From Anthoceros angustus (Eukaryota > Plantae > Anthocerotophyta), in the NCBI GenBank assembly GCA_010909165.1, contig MU008197.1:62001-126000 (forward strand): 64,000 bases of DNA, written 5' to 3'. Position numbers and translations under genes: made by a program. The stretch's first letter is position 1, and the number at the start of each line of letters is the position of its first letter. The notes beneath the pieces were generated by a model. It worked only from the letters and a program-made list of their open reading frames with translations, was not told where the DNA came from and ran no database searches. Positions 1 through 11,164 of this stretch are shown piece after piece.

Positions 1-611
1 CCTGAACTTGGCAATGGGTCCCTCGCTATTTCAGGCAGCCAAGCGCGTAGTGTGATGAGATGTGATAATATGCCCTGGCAATGGAGACGGTGGCGCATTA
101 TCAGGCAATCACGTGTTCCGTACATGTGCGATTTACAGCCTGCTTTGTCCTAAACCCTGAAATCTCGACGTCCGACGTGCGCACGACCCATCTCTCCCGC
201 AGCTCTGTAGAGTCGGCATGCAGGTCCGTGGTTGAGCTCTCTGTGTGCCGATTGCCCGTGCAGGATTGTAGACTAGTCGCCTGCTGGTCCTCGGGAACGG
301 GCTGGGTGCGTGCTCGACCCGGACGTTTGGGACTTGGCGTTTCTCAAAGTACCCACATCGGGACGGATGCTGCCTGCCTGCGTGCATGTTGACTGCACAT
401 GTTGACTACTGGCTGGCCCCCAGCCTGGAGGCTCGGTGCGCAATGCGGGAGCGGCATGGCTACAGCGGTCGTCTCGTCTCTGGATCACAACAGGCCTGCA
501 GCTCTTGCTGCAGCAGTATATATGGGGATTGCCTGCACGGAATGACATCATCCGGCGTCTGTCTGCGTTCAGTGTTTCATTCACTGCTCTGCAGCCCTGA
601 GTGTAGGAAAC

Positions 612-3453
612 ATGGGGCTCCGGCTGCTGGGCCTGCTTCTCGTGCTCTTGGTTGCTGGCAGCGTTGTTCGGGAGGCCAGTGCAGGCTATGACAATGCCTA
701 TTCCTATGGCTTCGACCAGCCGAAGCAGGAGGTGAAGAAGCCCGAGGAGAAGCCGTACAGGAAGCCCGCGGAGCAGCCGTACAAGAAGCCCGAGGAGCAG
801 CCCTACAAGAAGCCAGAGGAGAAGCCCTACAAGAAGCCAGAGGAGAAGCCCTACAAGAAGCCATACAAGAAGCCAGAGGAGAAGCCGTACAAGAAGCCAG
901 AGGAGAAGCCGTACAAGAAGCCAGAGGAGAAGCCGTACAAGAAGCCTGAGGAGAAGCCGTACAAGAAGCCTGAGGAGAAGCCGTACAAGAAGCCTGAGGA
1001 GAAGCTGTACAAGAAGCCTCACCACGAGAAGCCGTACAAGAAGCCAGGAGGAGAAGCCATACAAGAAGCCAGAGGAGAAGCTATACAAGAAGCCAGAGGA
1101 GAAGCCGTACAAGAAGCCTGAGGAGAAGCCACAAGAAGCCTGAGGAGAAGCCCTACAAGAAGCCGGAGGAGAAGCCGTACAAGAAGCCTGAGGAGAAGCC
1201 GTACAAGAAGCCACAGGAGAAGCTGTACAAGAAGCCACAGGAGAAGCCGTACAAGAAGCCAGAGGAGAAGCCATACAAGCCCGAGGCGAAGCCTTACACG
1301 AAGCCTCACCACGAGAAGCCATACAAGAAGCCAGAGGAGAAGCCATACAAGAAGCCAGAGGAGAAGCCATACAAGAAGCCAGAGGAGAAGCCATACAAGA
1401 AGCCAGAGGAGAAGCCATACAAGCCAGAGGAGAAGCCATAAGAAGCCAGAGGAGAAGCCATACAAGAAGCCTGAGGAGAAGCCCTACAAGAAGCCCGAGG
1501 CCCTACAAGAAGCCGAGGACAAGCCGTACAAGCCAGAGGAGAAGCCTTACAAGAAGCCTCACCACGAGAAGCCATACAAGAAGCCAGGAGAAGCCACAAG
1601 AAGCCTGAGGAGAAGCCCTACAAGAAGCCTGAGGAGAAGCCCTACAAGAAGCCGAGGAGAAGCTGCCAAGAAGCCAGAGGAGAAGCCAGAAGCCAGAGGA
1701 GAAGCTGCAAGAAGCCTCACCACGAGAAGCCTGTACAAGCCAGAGGAGAAGCCATACAAGAAGCCAGAGGAGAAGCCATACAAGAAGCCAGGAGGAGAAG
1801 CCACAAGAAGCCAGAGAAGCCATACAAGAAGCCGAGAAGCCCTACAAGCCTGAGAAGCCCTACAAGAAGCCCGAGGACAAGCCACAAGAAGCCTGAGGAG
1901 AAGCCTTACAAGAAGCCTCACCGAGAAGCCATACAAGAAGAGGAGAAGCCTACAAGAAGCCTGAGGAGAAGCCCTACAAGAAGCCTGAGGAGAAGCCCTA
2001 CAAGAAGCCTGAGGAGAAGCCGTACAAGAAGCCAGAGGAGAAGCCGTACAAGAAGCCAGAGGAGAAGCCGTGCAAGAAGCCAGAGGAGAAGTTACAAGAA
2101 GCCCGAGGCGAAGCCTTGCACACGAAGCCTCACCACGAGAAGCCACAAGAAGCCAGAGGAGAAGCCATACAAGAAGCCAGAGGAGAAGCCATACAAGAAG
2201 CCAGAGGAGAAGCCATACAAGAAGCCAGAGGAGAAGCCATACAAGAAGCCAGAGGAGAAGCCATACAAGAAGCCAGAGGAGAAGCCAGAAGCCAGAGAAG
2301 CTGTACAAGAAGCCTGAGGAGAAGCTGTACAAGAAGCCTCACCACGAGAAGCTGTACAAGAAGCCAGAGGAGAAGCCATACAAGAAGCCAGAGGAGAAGC
2401 CATACAAGAAGCCAGAGGAGAAGCTGTACAAGAAGCCTGAGGAGAAGCCCTACAAGAAGCCTGGAGGAGAAGCCCTACAAGAAGCCGGAGGAGAAGCTGT
2501 ACAAGAAGCCTGAGGAGAAGCTGTACAAGAAGCCACAGGAGAAGCCAAGAAGCCACAGGAGAAGCCGTACAAGAAGCCAGAGGAGAAGTTACAAGAAGCC
2601 TGAGGCGAAGCCTTACAAGAAGCCTCACCACGAGAAGCTATACAAGAAGCCAGAGGAGAAGCCAGAAGCCAGAGGAGAAGCCACAAGAAGCCAGAGGAGA
2701 AGCCATACAAGAAGCCAGAGGAGAAGCCAGAGGAGGAGAAGACAAGAAGCCAGAGGAGAAGCCATACAAGAAGCCTGAGGAGAAGCCCTACAAGAAGCCT
2801 GAGGAGAAGCCTACAAGAAGCCTGAGGACAAGCCGTACAAGAAGCCCGAGGAGAAGCCTTACAAGAAGCCTCACCACGAGAAGCCATACAAGAAGCCAGA
2901 GGAGAAGCCCTACAAGAAGCCCGAGGAGAAGCCCTACAAGAAGCCTGAGGAGAAGCCCTACAAGAAGCCCGAGGAGAAGCCGTACAAGAAGCCAGAGGAG
3001 AAGCCGTACAAGAAGCCAGAGGAGAAGCCGTACAAGAAGCCAGAGGAGAAGCCATACAAGAAGCCCGAGGAGAAGCCTTACAAGAAGCCTCACCACGAGA
3101 AGCCATACAAGAAGCCAGAGGAGAAGCCATACAAGAAGCCCGAGGAGAAGCCGTACAAGAAGCCCGAGGAGAAGCCATACAAGAAGCCCGAGGAGAAGCC
3201 CTACAAGAAGCCCGAGGAGAAGCCCTACAAGAAGCCTCACCACGAGAAGCCTTACAAGAAGCCAGAATACAAGCCCAAGCCGGACTACAAGGCTCCTTCA
3301 CCCCCCAAGTACCAGGCTCCTCCACCTCCCTACTACCAAGCTCCTCCTCCTCCCTACTACGAGGCCCCATCCGCCTCGTACGAGAAGCCTGAGGAGATTC
3401 CGTCTCCTCCCGCCCCCTACAGCCAAACCCCTCCCACTTATCCCAAGTATTGA
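612..3453 (+). CDS. Secreted repetitive Lys/Pro/Glu/Tyr-rich cell-wall protein (extensin/PRP-like); frame broken by indels in the repeat
   Basis: ATG 612 with signal peptide MGLRLLGLLLVLLVAGSVVREASA. About 2.5 kb of KKPEEKPY repeats, then ...QAPPPPYYQAPPPPYYEAPSASYEKPEEIPSPPAPYSQTPPTYPKY and TGA at 3451-3453. The repeat peptide reappears in shifting frames. Confidence 0.85.
735..3270 (+). repeat. 24-bp coding tandem repeat (aagaagccagaggagaagccatac) with interspersed 27-bp KKPHHEKPY variant
   Basis: Directly visible; the cctcaccacgagaag variant occurs about 11 times (one degenerate). Confidence 0.95.
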
Positions 3454-4584
3454 GCAGGTAGCTCATCCGGGACAGAACCATGGCTCTGCACTCTACAAGG
3501 TACTTTGACATTTGTCCACTGTCTGGCATTGTCTGTTCCTGCAGCCCAGGATGCTCTCAACTTACCATATATTCATCCGTGATTGGCAGACTGAGCGGAC
3601 AACGCCAGCGGTGTCCCGGCGCTGACGAACTTCCCCCATTGCTCTCACCTGGATCAACCGGCTATCCTCCGCGAAGAAGGAGCTCCGGAATCCTGAGCGA
3701 CGCGATGGGCGCTCCTTCAAGTCCACAGACTTTAGGATCTTACTAACTATTGTATCAGAGATCGTGGCTAGATCTCCGAAAATTCTTTGCAGCCCCTATT
3801 AGTGGCTGTTTGCTAATTGTAAAGGGCACGTCCTTCGGATTTGCGCAAGTTTGATTGCACAGATCCTAAGTAGAGCCATTCGAGATTATTTACATGTGCA
3901 CCTGGTTGAGATCAATCCAATCCCACACTCCCAAGGTTCTGACCTCGCTTTGCTTACAGCGCCAATTTCTTTGTCAGCTCATAATGTTCGCCCTCTCGGC
4001 CATGGACCGGACTGCTAGATGCAAAAAGCAGCCACAAACAATAACAGCCACCCATGCTGGAAGGGACAAGTTATGCACCACTTCAACCCAAACGAGGAAA
4101 GCAGAAAAGTTATTTGCTTCAAGCCAGTATGCCAAGCACTTGGCAAAACGTTGGACTTCCAAGGATTCCTTTGAGGTGCTGCTTCCAACGATTCCTTGGA
4201 GGCTGATTTCCGGGGCCCCAAGTGGCCTTCTATCCTGCAGAGACAAGGAGCTATGTTCAGCAGGGAAGGCTAGAAATTAGCGATCGTAGCCCAAGCAGAG
4301 AAGAGCTCCCGAAAGGAGGTGGGTAATTTCATTTTTGCTCCCACGGACCACACAGGGTCGACTTAATTGGACTGAAAGGTTCGGCCGAAACGTACAGCTA
4401 AAATGTCCACGCTTGACACTGTGAGCCCTAATGAACTTTGCGCCCAATCCAGCTGCGTGCAGAGAAGTGTTGAAGGCGGCTCTGCAAACAATCGGCACAG
4501 TTTCTGCATGGTCCTTGAGGCGATGAGTCCCTTCAGCGGGACTGGGATCCCATGGCGTGACAAGGAGCTGCCGGTGCCACCAAG

Positions 4585-7569
4585 ATGCGCTGTGGTTTTC
4601 TGCACAGATGCATCAAGCAGGCAGATGTTGTGGCTGGCAGGCCAGTTCTTTCTTGGAGACTTTCCAGTGAACAGTGTAGGGATTTTGCTGGGGTTGTGGC
4701 CCGGGAAGGTCTTGTTCCCTCCCGTTTTCTGGAAGCAGATAATGGGCTTGGTGCATGGTCTCCCTGGAACCTGTTGGCCTGGGCGCAGGAAGCCATTGCA
4801 GCTCACGGCAGGCAGGGACAGACTGAGCAGGCCCTGAATATTTTCCGGCTCTTGCTAGAGCGGAATGTGAAACCCGACGTCGGAGTGTACGTCGCCGCTT
4901 TGAAGGCCTGTTCTGGAGGGAAAGCCCTCGTGGAGGGCAAGCTGATTCATCGTCACATTGTCGCAAGCGGCAATGAATCGGATCTGTTTGTGGGCAGCAC
5001 CTTGGTTGACATGTATGCCAAATGCGGGAGCCTGGTGGATGCGCGGTCCGTGTTCGACAGATTGGCAGTCAAGAACTTGGTGACCTGGACTGCAATGATT
5101 GCAGGCTATGCACGGCTCGAGTGTGGCCTCGAGGCACTGGCTCTCTTCCGTCTAATGCGAGAGCAGGGTCTTGAACCAAACGGGTACACACTTGTAGGCC
5201 TTGTGAAAGCTTGCGCCAGTTTGGGATCGCTGGCTGAAGGCAAGGTGCTTCATGCCTACATCTTGGGAAGAGGGGTTGAATCCGATCTATTTGTCGGAAG
5301 TGCCCTTGTTGCAATGTATATCCAGTGTGACAGCCTGGAGGATGCACGGATTGTTTTTGAGAGAATGCCGACAAAAAGCCTAGTAACATGGACAACCATT
5401 ACCTCAGGATATGTTCAAAGGGGCGATGGTAATGAGGCCCTTCGACTGTTCCGGCAAATGCTAAAGGAGGGCTTGCAACCTGATAAGCTTGTTCTGGTGA
5501 GCATCTTGAAAGCATGTTCTAGTATTGCGGCCTTGGATGACGGCAAGGCAATTCATGCTCAGCTTTTAGAAGCTGGTTTTGCATTAGATCTGCTCGTGGG
5601 AAACAGTCTCATTGACATGTATGCTAAATGTGGGAGTCTGGTAGATGCTTGTGATGTATTCCACACGTTAACAAGAAAAGATTTGGTGAGCTGGACAACA
5701 ATGATTGAGGCTTATGCCCAACACGGGTTTGGTTGCGAAGCTGTAAATCTGTACCACGATTTGCAACAGGAGGGCCTGGAGCCAAATCATGTGACCCTGC
5801 TTGGTGTATTGAAAGCCTGTTCAAACATAGCCGCCTTTGAGCAGGGCAAGCTGGTCCATTTGTCTGTTGCAAAAAGTGGTTGTGAGCCAGACTTGTACCT
5901 TGTGACCAGCCTGATAGATATGTATGCCAAATGTGGGAGTGTGGATGATGCAAGGAATTTGTTTGAGGCTTGGGGTAAAACCAGTTTGGCTGCGTGGAAT
6001 GCAATACTGGCGGGATATGCCCAGCATGGGTTGTGCCATGAGGCTATTGAACTATTCCATGAAATTGGAAAACACGGCATGATCCCAGACAAAGTCACCC
6101 TCTTGAGTGTCATCAAGGCATGCTCCACCGTAGAATGTCTGGAGCAAGGAAAGCTCATTTGTGGAGAGATCATCGAAAGGGGTTTTGAATCAAAAGATGA
6201 GATTGGCAATGCTTTAATACACATGTTTTCCAGTTGCGGCAGCCTGGAGGATGCACGTGTAGTGTTTGACAGAGTTCATACCAGAGATTTGGGTTCATGG
6301 AACTCAATGATCGGTGGGTACGTCAAGCATGGGTATGAACTGATTGCTATTGAACTCTTTGAAGAAATGCCAGTCCAGGGCGTGCAGCCCGATCAAGCAA
6401 CGTTCATGAGTATTTTGAAAGCTTGTGCCAATATGGGATCTCTTCAGTACGGGAAGCTTATGTACGCCCAGATTAAAGAGTTTGGACTTGATCAGAATGA
6501 CTCTGTAGCCAGTACAGTCATTGACATGTTTGCTAAGTTAGGGAGCCCGGAGGATGCATACAGTGTCTTTAGTAGTGTGCCAAGGCTTAGCGTAGTGACT
6601 TGGAACGCCATGTTAGCAGGCTTTGCTAATCACGGGCTGGGTGCTGAAGTCCTTCAAATGTACCAGCTCCTGCACAGGGAGGACTTGCAGCCAGACAAGT
6701 ATACATTTCTCAGCATTCTGAACGCATGTTCTAGTGGTTCAGCACTAAATCAGGGCAAGCGTATTCACGCTGAGATCAAGAGGTGTGGGTTAGAGACAGA
6801 TGCGTTCATCTCAAGCGCCCTTATTGACATGTATTCGAAATGTGGGAGTTGGGAGGAAGCACGGATTGTCTTTGATATCTTGCCAACGAAGAATGTGGTG
6901 TCCTGGAATGCAATGATTGCAGGCTACGCTCAGCATGGTCGTGCAATGGATGCACTTCAACTGTTTCAGGATATGCAAGCTGATGGCATGCTTCCAGACG
7001 CTGTCACCTTTGTCAGCTTGCTTTCGGCCTGCAGCCACTGTGGTTTGTTGGACGAGGCCTACACATTGTTCCACTCCATGTCAGAGGTATATTGCATCAG
7101 ACCAGAGATGGAGCATTATGTTTGCATGGTTGACCTTCTTGGCCGTGCTGGGCTACTATCTGAAGCGTTGGCCTTTGTCAACAATATGCCATTGTCTCCT
7201 GAAATTGATGTGCGGATGTCTTTGCTTGGAGCTTGCCGGACCCATGGGAATGTTGACTTTGGGAGACCTGCTTTTGAGGGTGTGCTGGAGTTAGATGCAA
7301 CAAAAGCTGCTGCTTATGTCATGATAGCTGACATTTATGCTCTGAATGGCAAGCTGGAAGAAAGTGCACATATTAGAAGGATGATGCAAGGAACAGGCAT
7401 GAAGAAAGAACCTGGTCGCACGTGGATGGAATTAGAAAATGAGGTGCACTCATTTACTGTTGAAGACAAAAGGCACTCAGATAGAAGTCAGTTGTATGCT
7501 GAGCTGGAGAAATTGCTGGAGGCGGTCAGAGGGGAGTACACCAAGGGACTACTAGCAAACTGTACTTGA
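4585..7569 (+). CDS. PLS-class PPR protein, E/E+ subclass, no DYW domain (organellar RNA-editing factor family)
   Basis: 994-aa single-exon ORF with repeated P-L-S motifs (LIDMYAKCGS, VSWNAMIAGYAQHG) and E/E+ motifs (KKEPGRTWMELENEVHSFTVEDKRH). Stops before any HxE/CxxC/DYW. True start uncertain. Confidence 0.93.
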   Translation: MRCGFLHRCIKQADVVAGRPVLSWRLSSEQCRDFAGVVAREGLVPSRFLEADNGLGAWSPWNLLAWAQEAIAAHGRQGQTEQALNIFRLLLERNVKPDVGVYVAALKACSGGKALVEGKLIHRHIVASGNESDLFVGSTLVDMYAKCGSLVDARSVFDRLAVKNLVTWTAMIAGYARLECGLEALALFRLMREQGLEPNGYTLVGLVKACASLGSLAEGKVLHAYILGRGVESDLFVGSALVAMYIQCDSLEDARIVFERMPTKSLVTWTTITSGYVQRGDGNEALRLFRQMLKEGLQPDKLVLVSILKACSSIAALDDGKAIHAQLLEAGFALDLLVGNSLIDMYAKCGSLVDACDVFHTLTRKDLVSWTTMIEAYAQHGFGCEAVNLYHDLQQEGLEPNHVTLLGVLKACSNIAAFEQGKLVHLSVAKSGCEPDLYLVTSLIDMYAKCGSVDDARNLFEAWGKTSLAAWNAILAGYAQHGLCHEAIELFHEIGKHGMIPDKVTLLSVIKACSTVECLEQGKLICGEIIERGFESKDEIGNALIHMFSSCGSLEDARVVFDRVHTRDLGSWNSMIGGYVKHGYELIAIELFEEMPVQGVQPDQATFMSILKACANMGSLQYGKLMYAQIKEFGLDQNDSVASTVIDMFAKLGSPEDAYSVFSSVPRLSVVTWNAMLAGFANHGLGAEVLQMYQLLHREDLQPDKYTFLSILNACSSGSALNQGKRIHAEIKRCGLETDAFISSALIDMYSKCGSWEEARIVFDILPTKNVVSWNAMIAGYAQHGRAMDALQLFQDMQADGMLPDAVTFVSLLSACSHCGLLDEAYTLFHSMSEVYCIRPEMEHYVCMVDLLGRAGLLSEALAFVNNMPLSPEIDVRMSLLGACRTHGNVDFGRPAFEGVLELDATKAAAYVMIADIYALNGKLEESAHIRRMMQGTGMKKEPGRTWMELENEVHSFTVEDKRHSDRSQLYAELEKLLEAVRGEYTKGLLANCT

Positions 7570-8081
7570 TGGTTTACGAAAACGTGATTGGTGCACCTGC
7601 AGCTTATACCTCCGTGTGTCCTGAAACAGTAGCATACGAGACGAGCTATTTTCAAAACTTGTGGCCTTCTATCTGGAGTATTAATTCTATCTCCCAATGT
7701 AATCTCTTCGTTTGCATGTGAAGACTTTTTTTGCCAGGCTTTAAAGGGCAAGAAATTTTGGCTAATGCTTGTACTTGCTTGTTCTTTACCCCTGAAGTTG
7801 TAGCCTGACTGAACAGATGAAAGTGGATTTACAGGTCGGAGGTCTATGGGTCTGTATTTCAAGCTTTTTTGTTTTGTTAGTGAGGGGTCACTTTCTGTAT
7901 ATCACTTAGATTGCTTCATCTTTCCGTGTTGTGAAGTATGTATCAGTTTAGCAATGGTGATGGTAGTGACAAGGATAAATATAGGTGCTGACGATTTACA
8001 TGGATTTTTTTGGCATGGGAAAGTAGCTTCCTTTTTTAAGTTTTGAGTCTTGAAGAGCAGAGTTTCTATGCACCTCTCGAC

Positions 8082-8216
8082 GCATAACATTGCAAGCCTG
8101 TTAATCCTCGTAAATGGATTGACCGGTTCTATCATTATGCAATAACAGCCTAGGCTCTCCCGTTAGCTCCAATGCTAAATATGTCTGTTAGCATTGGTGA
8201 CACGGGAGGGACATCC
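8082..8216 (+). ncRNA. Candidate box H/ACA snoRNA, copy 1
   Basis: Hairpin GCATAA/TTATGC with upper stem GTTAATCC/GGATTGAC; H box ATAACA (8142-8147); second hairpin CTCTCCCG/CGGGAGGG with CCAATGCTAA/TTAGCATTGG; ACA at 8211-8213. Confidence 0.8.
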
Positions 8217-8440
8217 AAACTTGTTTCTTCTACAGTGTTTGCAGAATAGCTCTTAGTGCACTTTGATGGGGGGGTACTAGGCTTCCACCTAGTGTCCTCT
8301 GATGCCGTAGGTGTCCACCCGGTGCTCTCTTTCAGTCCACCTCCAAGTGCATTCTGATGGTAGTGGGCTCCCGCAGTGCTTACTCTGTGTGATCAGTCCT
8401 TCAGTCCTCAATGTGCGTTTTTTTTACTTTGACCAAGAAT

Positions 8441-8572
8441 GCATAACATTGCAAGCCTGTGAGTCCTTATCATGGATTCATCGGTTCTATCATTATGCTA
8501 CAGCAGGTCGTTCACCAGTTAGCTCCACCCATGCCCTTGTATGGCATGGTTGGTGACACTGGAGGTACATCT
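8441..8572 (+). ncRNA. Candidate box H/ACA snoRNA, copy 2 (paralog of 8082-8216)
   Basis: Same pocket sequences (CATTGCAA/TTCTATCA and TTAGCT/TGACA), diverged but still pairing stems, H box ACAGCA (8500-8505), ACA at 8567-8569. Confidence 0.8.
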
Positions 8573-8985
8573 GTACTTGGTAGTTGCGATCCCATTTTTG
8601 CGTTGAGTGAGTAGTCACAGCATGTTAGGAGACGGTGCTACCACTGATTCATCTGGCTGTCGTGGTTCACTGATTTTCTGGCCTTCTGGAGGATGTTACC
8701 ACCACCTACTTCGGAACAAAAACCTATTTCCCGACTTCCTGATTGTGCTTCAGCACTTTCCTGCGCTTGCTGCACTGCCCAGCCCAAGCAAAAGTGGGCC
8801 GTGGTTGTACAGGTGAAGTGGACTCATGTGAAGGGTCGAACAGAAACCAAATATCACAGTTAAATCGATGAAAACGACGGAATTTCTGGAGTCTGTCCTG
8901 GGACAGGTGACAGAAGCTTGGTGGTGAAGGGAAAGGATTGTGTGAACGATCCGAGTGCCCTGGACATTTTCGTGACGTCTCTGTG

Positions 8986-10854
8986 ATGGCGTTAGGTGCT
9001 ACGTACATCCGAGGATACTTCATTTCCAGCTCCGCAGCGCTGTTTCCCACGTCCTCCAGGCTTCGTTTGTGTCTCGCTTCATCCAGATCGTCCTCGTCGG
9101 GCTGGGAAGTGTCAGAAGGGAGTGCACTTCGTGAATTGACATCGAGCTTGTACAGTCCCGGCAAAGAATGGCAAACCATGCTACAATCCGCCGCGGAAGT
9201 TTTGAAGGTGGAGGCGAGACGTCTCGACGTGCCGTTGCTGGCTCCCTTCGAAATTGCGTCCACCAAGCTGACCTCGGTGAACAACGTCGCAATTCGGCTG
9301 GAGCTCACAGACGGCAGCGTGGGATGGGGGGAGGTTCCCACCTTGCCTCCTGTCACTGCAGAGGACCAGCCTACCGCGTTGGCCAAAGCCGAGGAAGTCT
9401 GCAGCCTACTGCCGGGAAGTCCAGACAGTTGCCTTCATATTTTGGAGCGAATTACAGGCCTTCTTCCCGGCCACAATTTCGCATCTGTAAGACTGCTGGC
9501 GGATTCGCGTGGGTTTTTTCGTTTGTGGGGGCAGGATAGAGCTTCGTAACCTTTGCAAGTGGGACTGACCGCTCGATTGTGCAACAGATCAGAGCCGGGA
9601 TGGAGATGGCTTTTGTTGATGCCGTTGCTCGAAGAGCTGGTCTACCTCTCTGGCAGCTTTTCGGAGGTCATGGCAATTCTGTAACAACGGACATCACGGT
9701 GAGAACCGGCAGTGCTGTAGAAGTTCAGAACGCTTGGACCCTTCCAAAGCATTGGACTGACACATCACGTAGGAGAGCATGCCTCATGTTGTGCATCTTG
9801 TTGTTACTATAGATAGCATGCTGTCTCCCGGTATTAAGGAATGATTAACACTGATGCGTCCAGATACCCATATGCACACCAGAAGAAGCAGCAGTCTTGG
9901 CAGCAGACTATGCAAAGAAAGACTTTAACACTATCAAAGTGAAGATAGGAGGAAGAAGTCCCTCGCAGGATATTGCGCTGTTGAGAGCTGTAAGAGGTAG
10001 CCATCCAGCCTGTTCCCTTATACTGGATGCAAATGAAGGCTACACCGTGGATGAAGCTCTGCAAGTGTTAAGGACTCTGCATGGTGAGTACTTGAGGCAT
10101 TACCATTGCTCACGGACTAAGAAGTCAAGGATAAGCTTGTCGGTTTCGGTTCAAGGAGAGCTCTTCTACATTGTGATAGTTACTTCTCAGTGCTTCCCTG
10201 CAGAGGCTGACCTGACACCAGTTCTCTTCGAGCAGCCTGTCGGTCGAGAAAACTGGGCTGGACTAGGCCACGTTTCCAAGGTTGCCAACGGCGTGTACGG
10301 AGTCTCTGTTGCTGCGGATGAGAGCTGCCGATGCCCTTTGGATGCGGAACGTATCGTGAATGAGGGCCTTGCTGACGTTATTAACATCAAACTGGCAAAA
10401 GTTGGGCTTCTTGCGGCATTGCAGATAGTGGGCATTGCAGGTAATGCAGGTGTTGACTTGATGATAGGGGGCATGGTGGAAACGCGCCTTGCAGTGGGAT
10501 TTGCTGGCAACCTGGCTGCCGGTCTTGGTTGCTTCAGGTTGTCTCTCCACTTTATGCTACAATCGTCATTCATACTCTTACCATGAGGTGGACCATGACC
10601 GAATAGTGGGCCAACCTGGCTTTGCAGATTCGTAGATCTCGATACCCCACTTCTCCTGGCCAAGGATCCTGTACAGGGAGGCTACCATGGTAAGTAAACC
10701 TCCTGCCAAGGCACTCCTTACCAGTAGTGGGCTTCTCTACCGTGCAAAAAAATGCTGTTTCTAATCATACCGATTCTGCTGGTGCGCAGTGAGTGGATCG
10801 GTCTGTAGTTTTAGTGCTCCCTCTGGCCATGGAGGATCACTCCTGTGGACGTAA
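8986..10854 (+). CDS. L-Ala-D/L-Glu (dipeptide) epimerase, enolase superfamily, with Ser-rich transit-like N-terminus
   Basis: Exons about 8986-9486, 9588-9698, 9864-10083, 10204-10537, 10628-10689, 10789-10854 with GT-AG ends. Motifs GWGEVP, TIKVKIGG, LDANEGY, EQPV, ADES, NIKLAK, GGMVET, DLDTP. Confidence 0.9.
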
Positions 10855-10992
10855 CATCTGCGGATGCTGCAGGGGTGAGGGGAGCATACCCTCTGCTAAA
10901 CCCTAAGCTACAGGAACCTCTAATATCCCATGAATAACAAATTGGAAATATCCATGTGGCCGGTGGCCTGTGGCTCGGAGCTTTGCCAATGG

Positions 10993-11088
10993 AACAGTTG
11001 GACTCTGGTTGGAGTCCTCGCATTATGCTGTGTCACTTGAAACAGTTGGACTCCGGTTGGAGTCTTCGCATTGTGCTCTGTCACTTCA
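10993..11088. repeat. 48-bp direct tandem duplication
   Basis: aacagttggactctggttggagtcctcgcattatgctgtgtcacttga followed by a near-identical copy at 11041. Confidence 0.85.
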
Positions 11089-11164
11089 TTCAATAGATGC
11101 ATCTCCACAGTTCTGCGCAAATAACAGAGACCCTCCTTCTGCAACACAACGTTGTAGCGGACGT

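Noticed and set aside
273-3529. Long minus-strand and off-frame ORFs over the wall-protein repeat
   Set aside because: Shadows of the stop-poor 24-bp repeat (LLVRLLL, ASCMASP).
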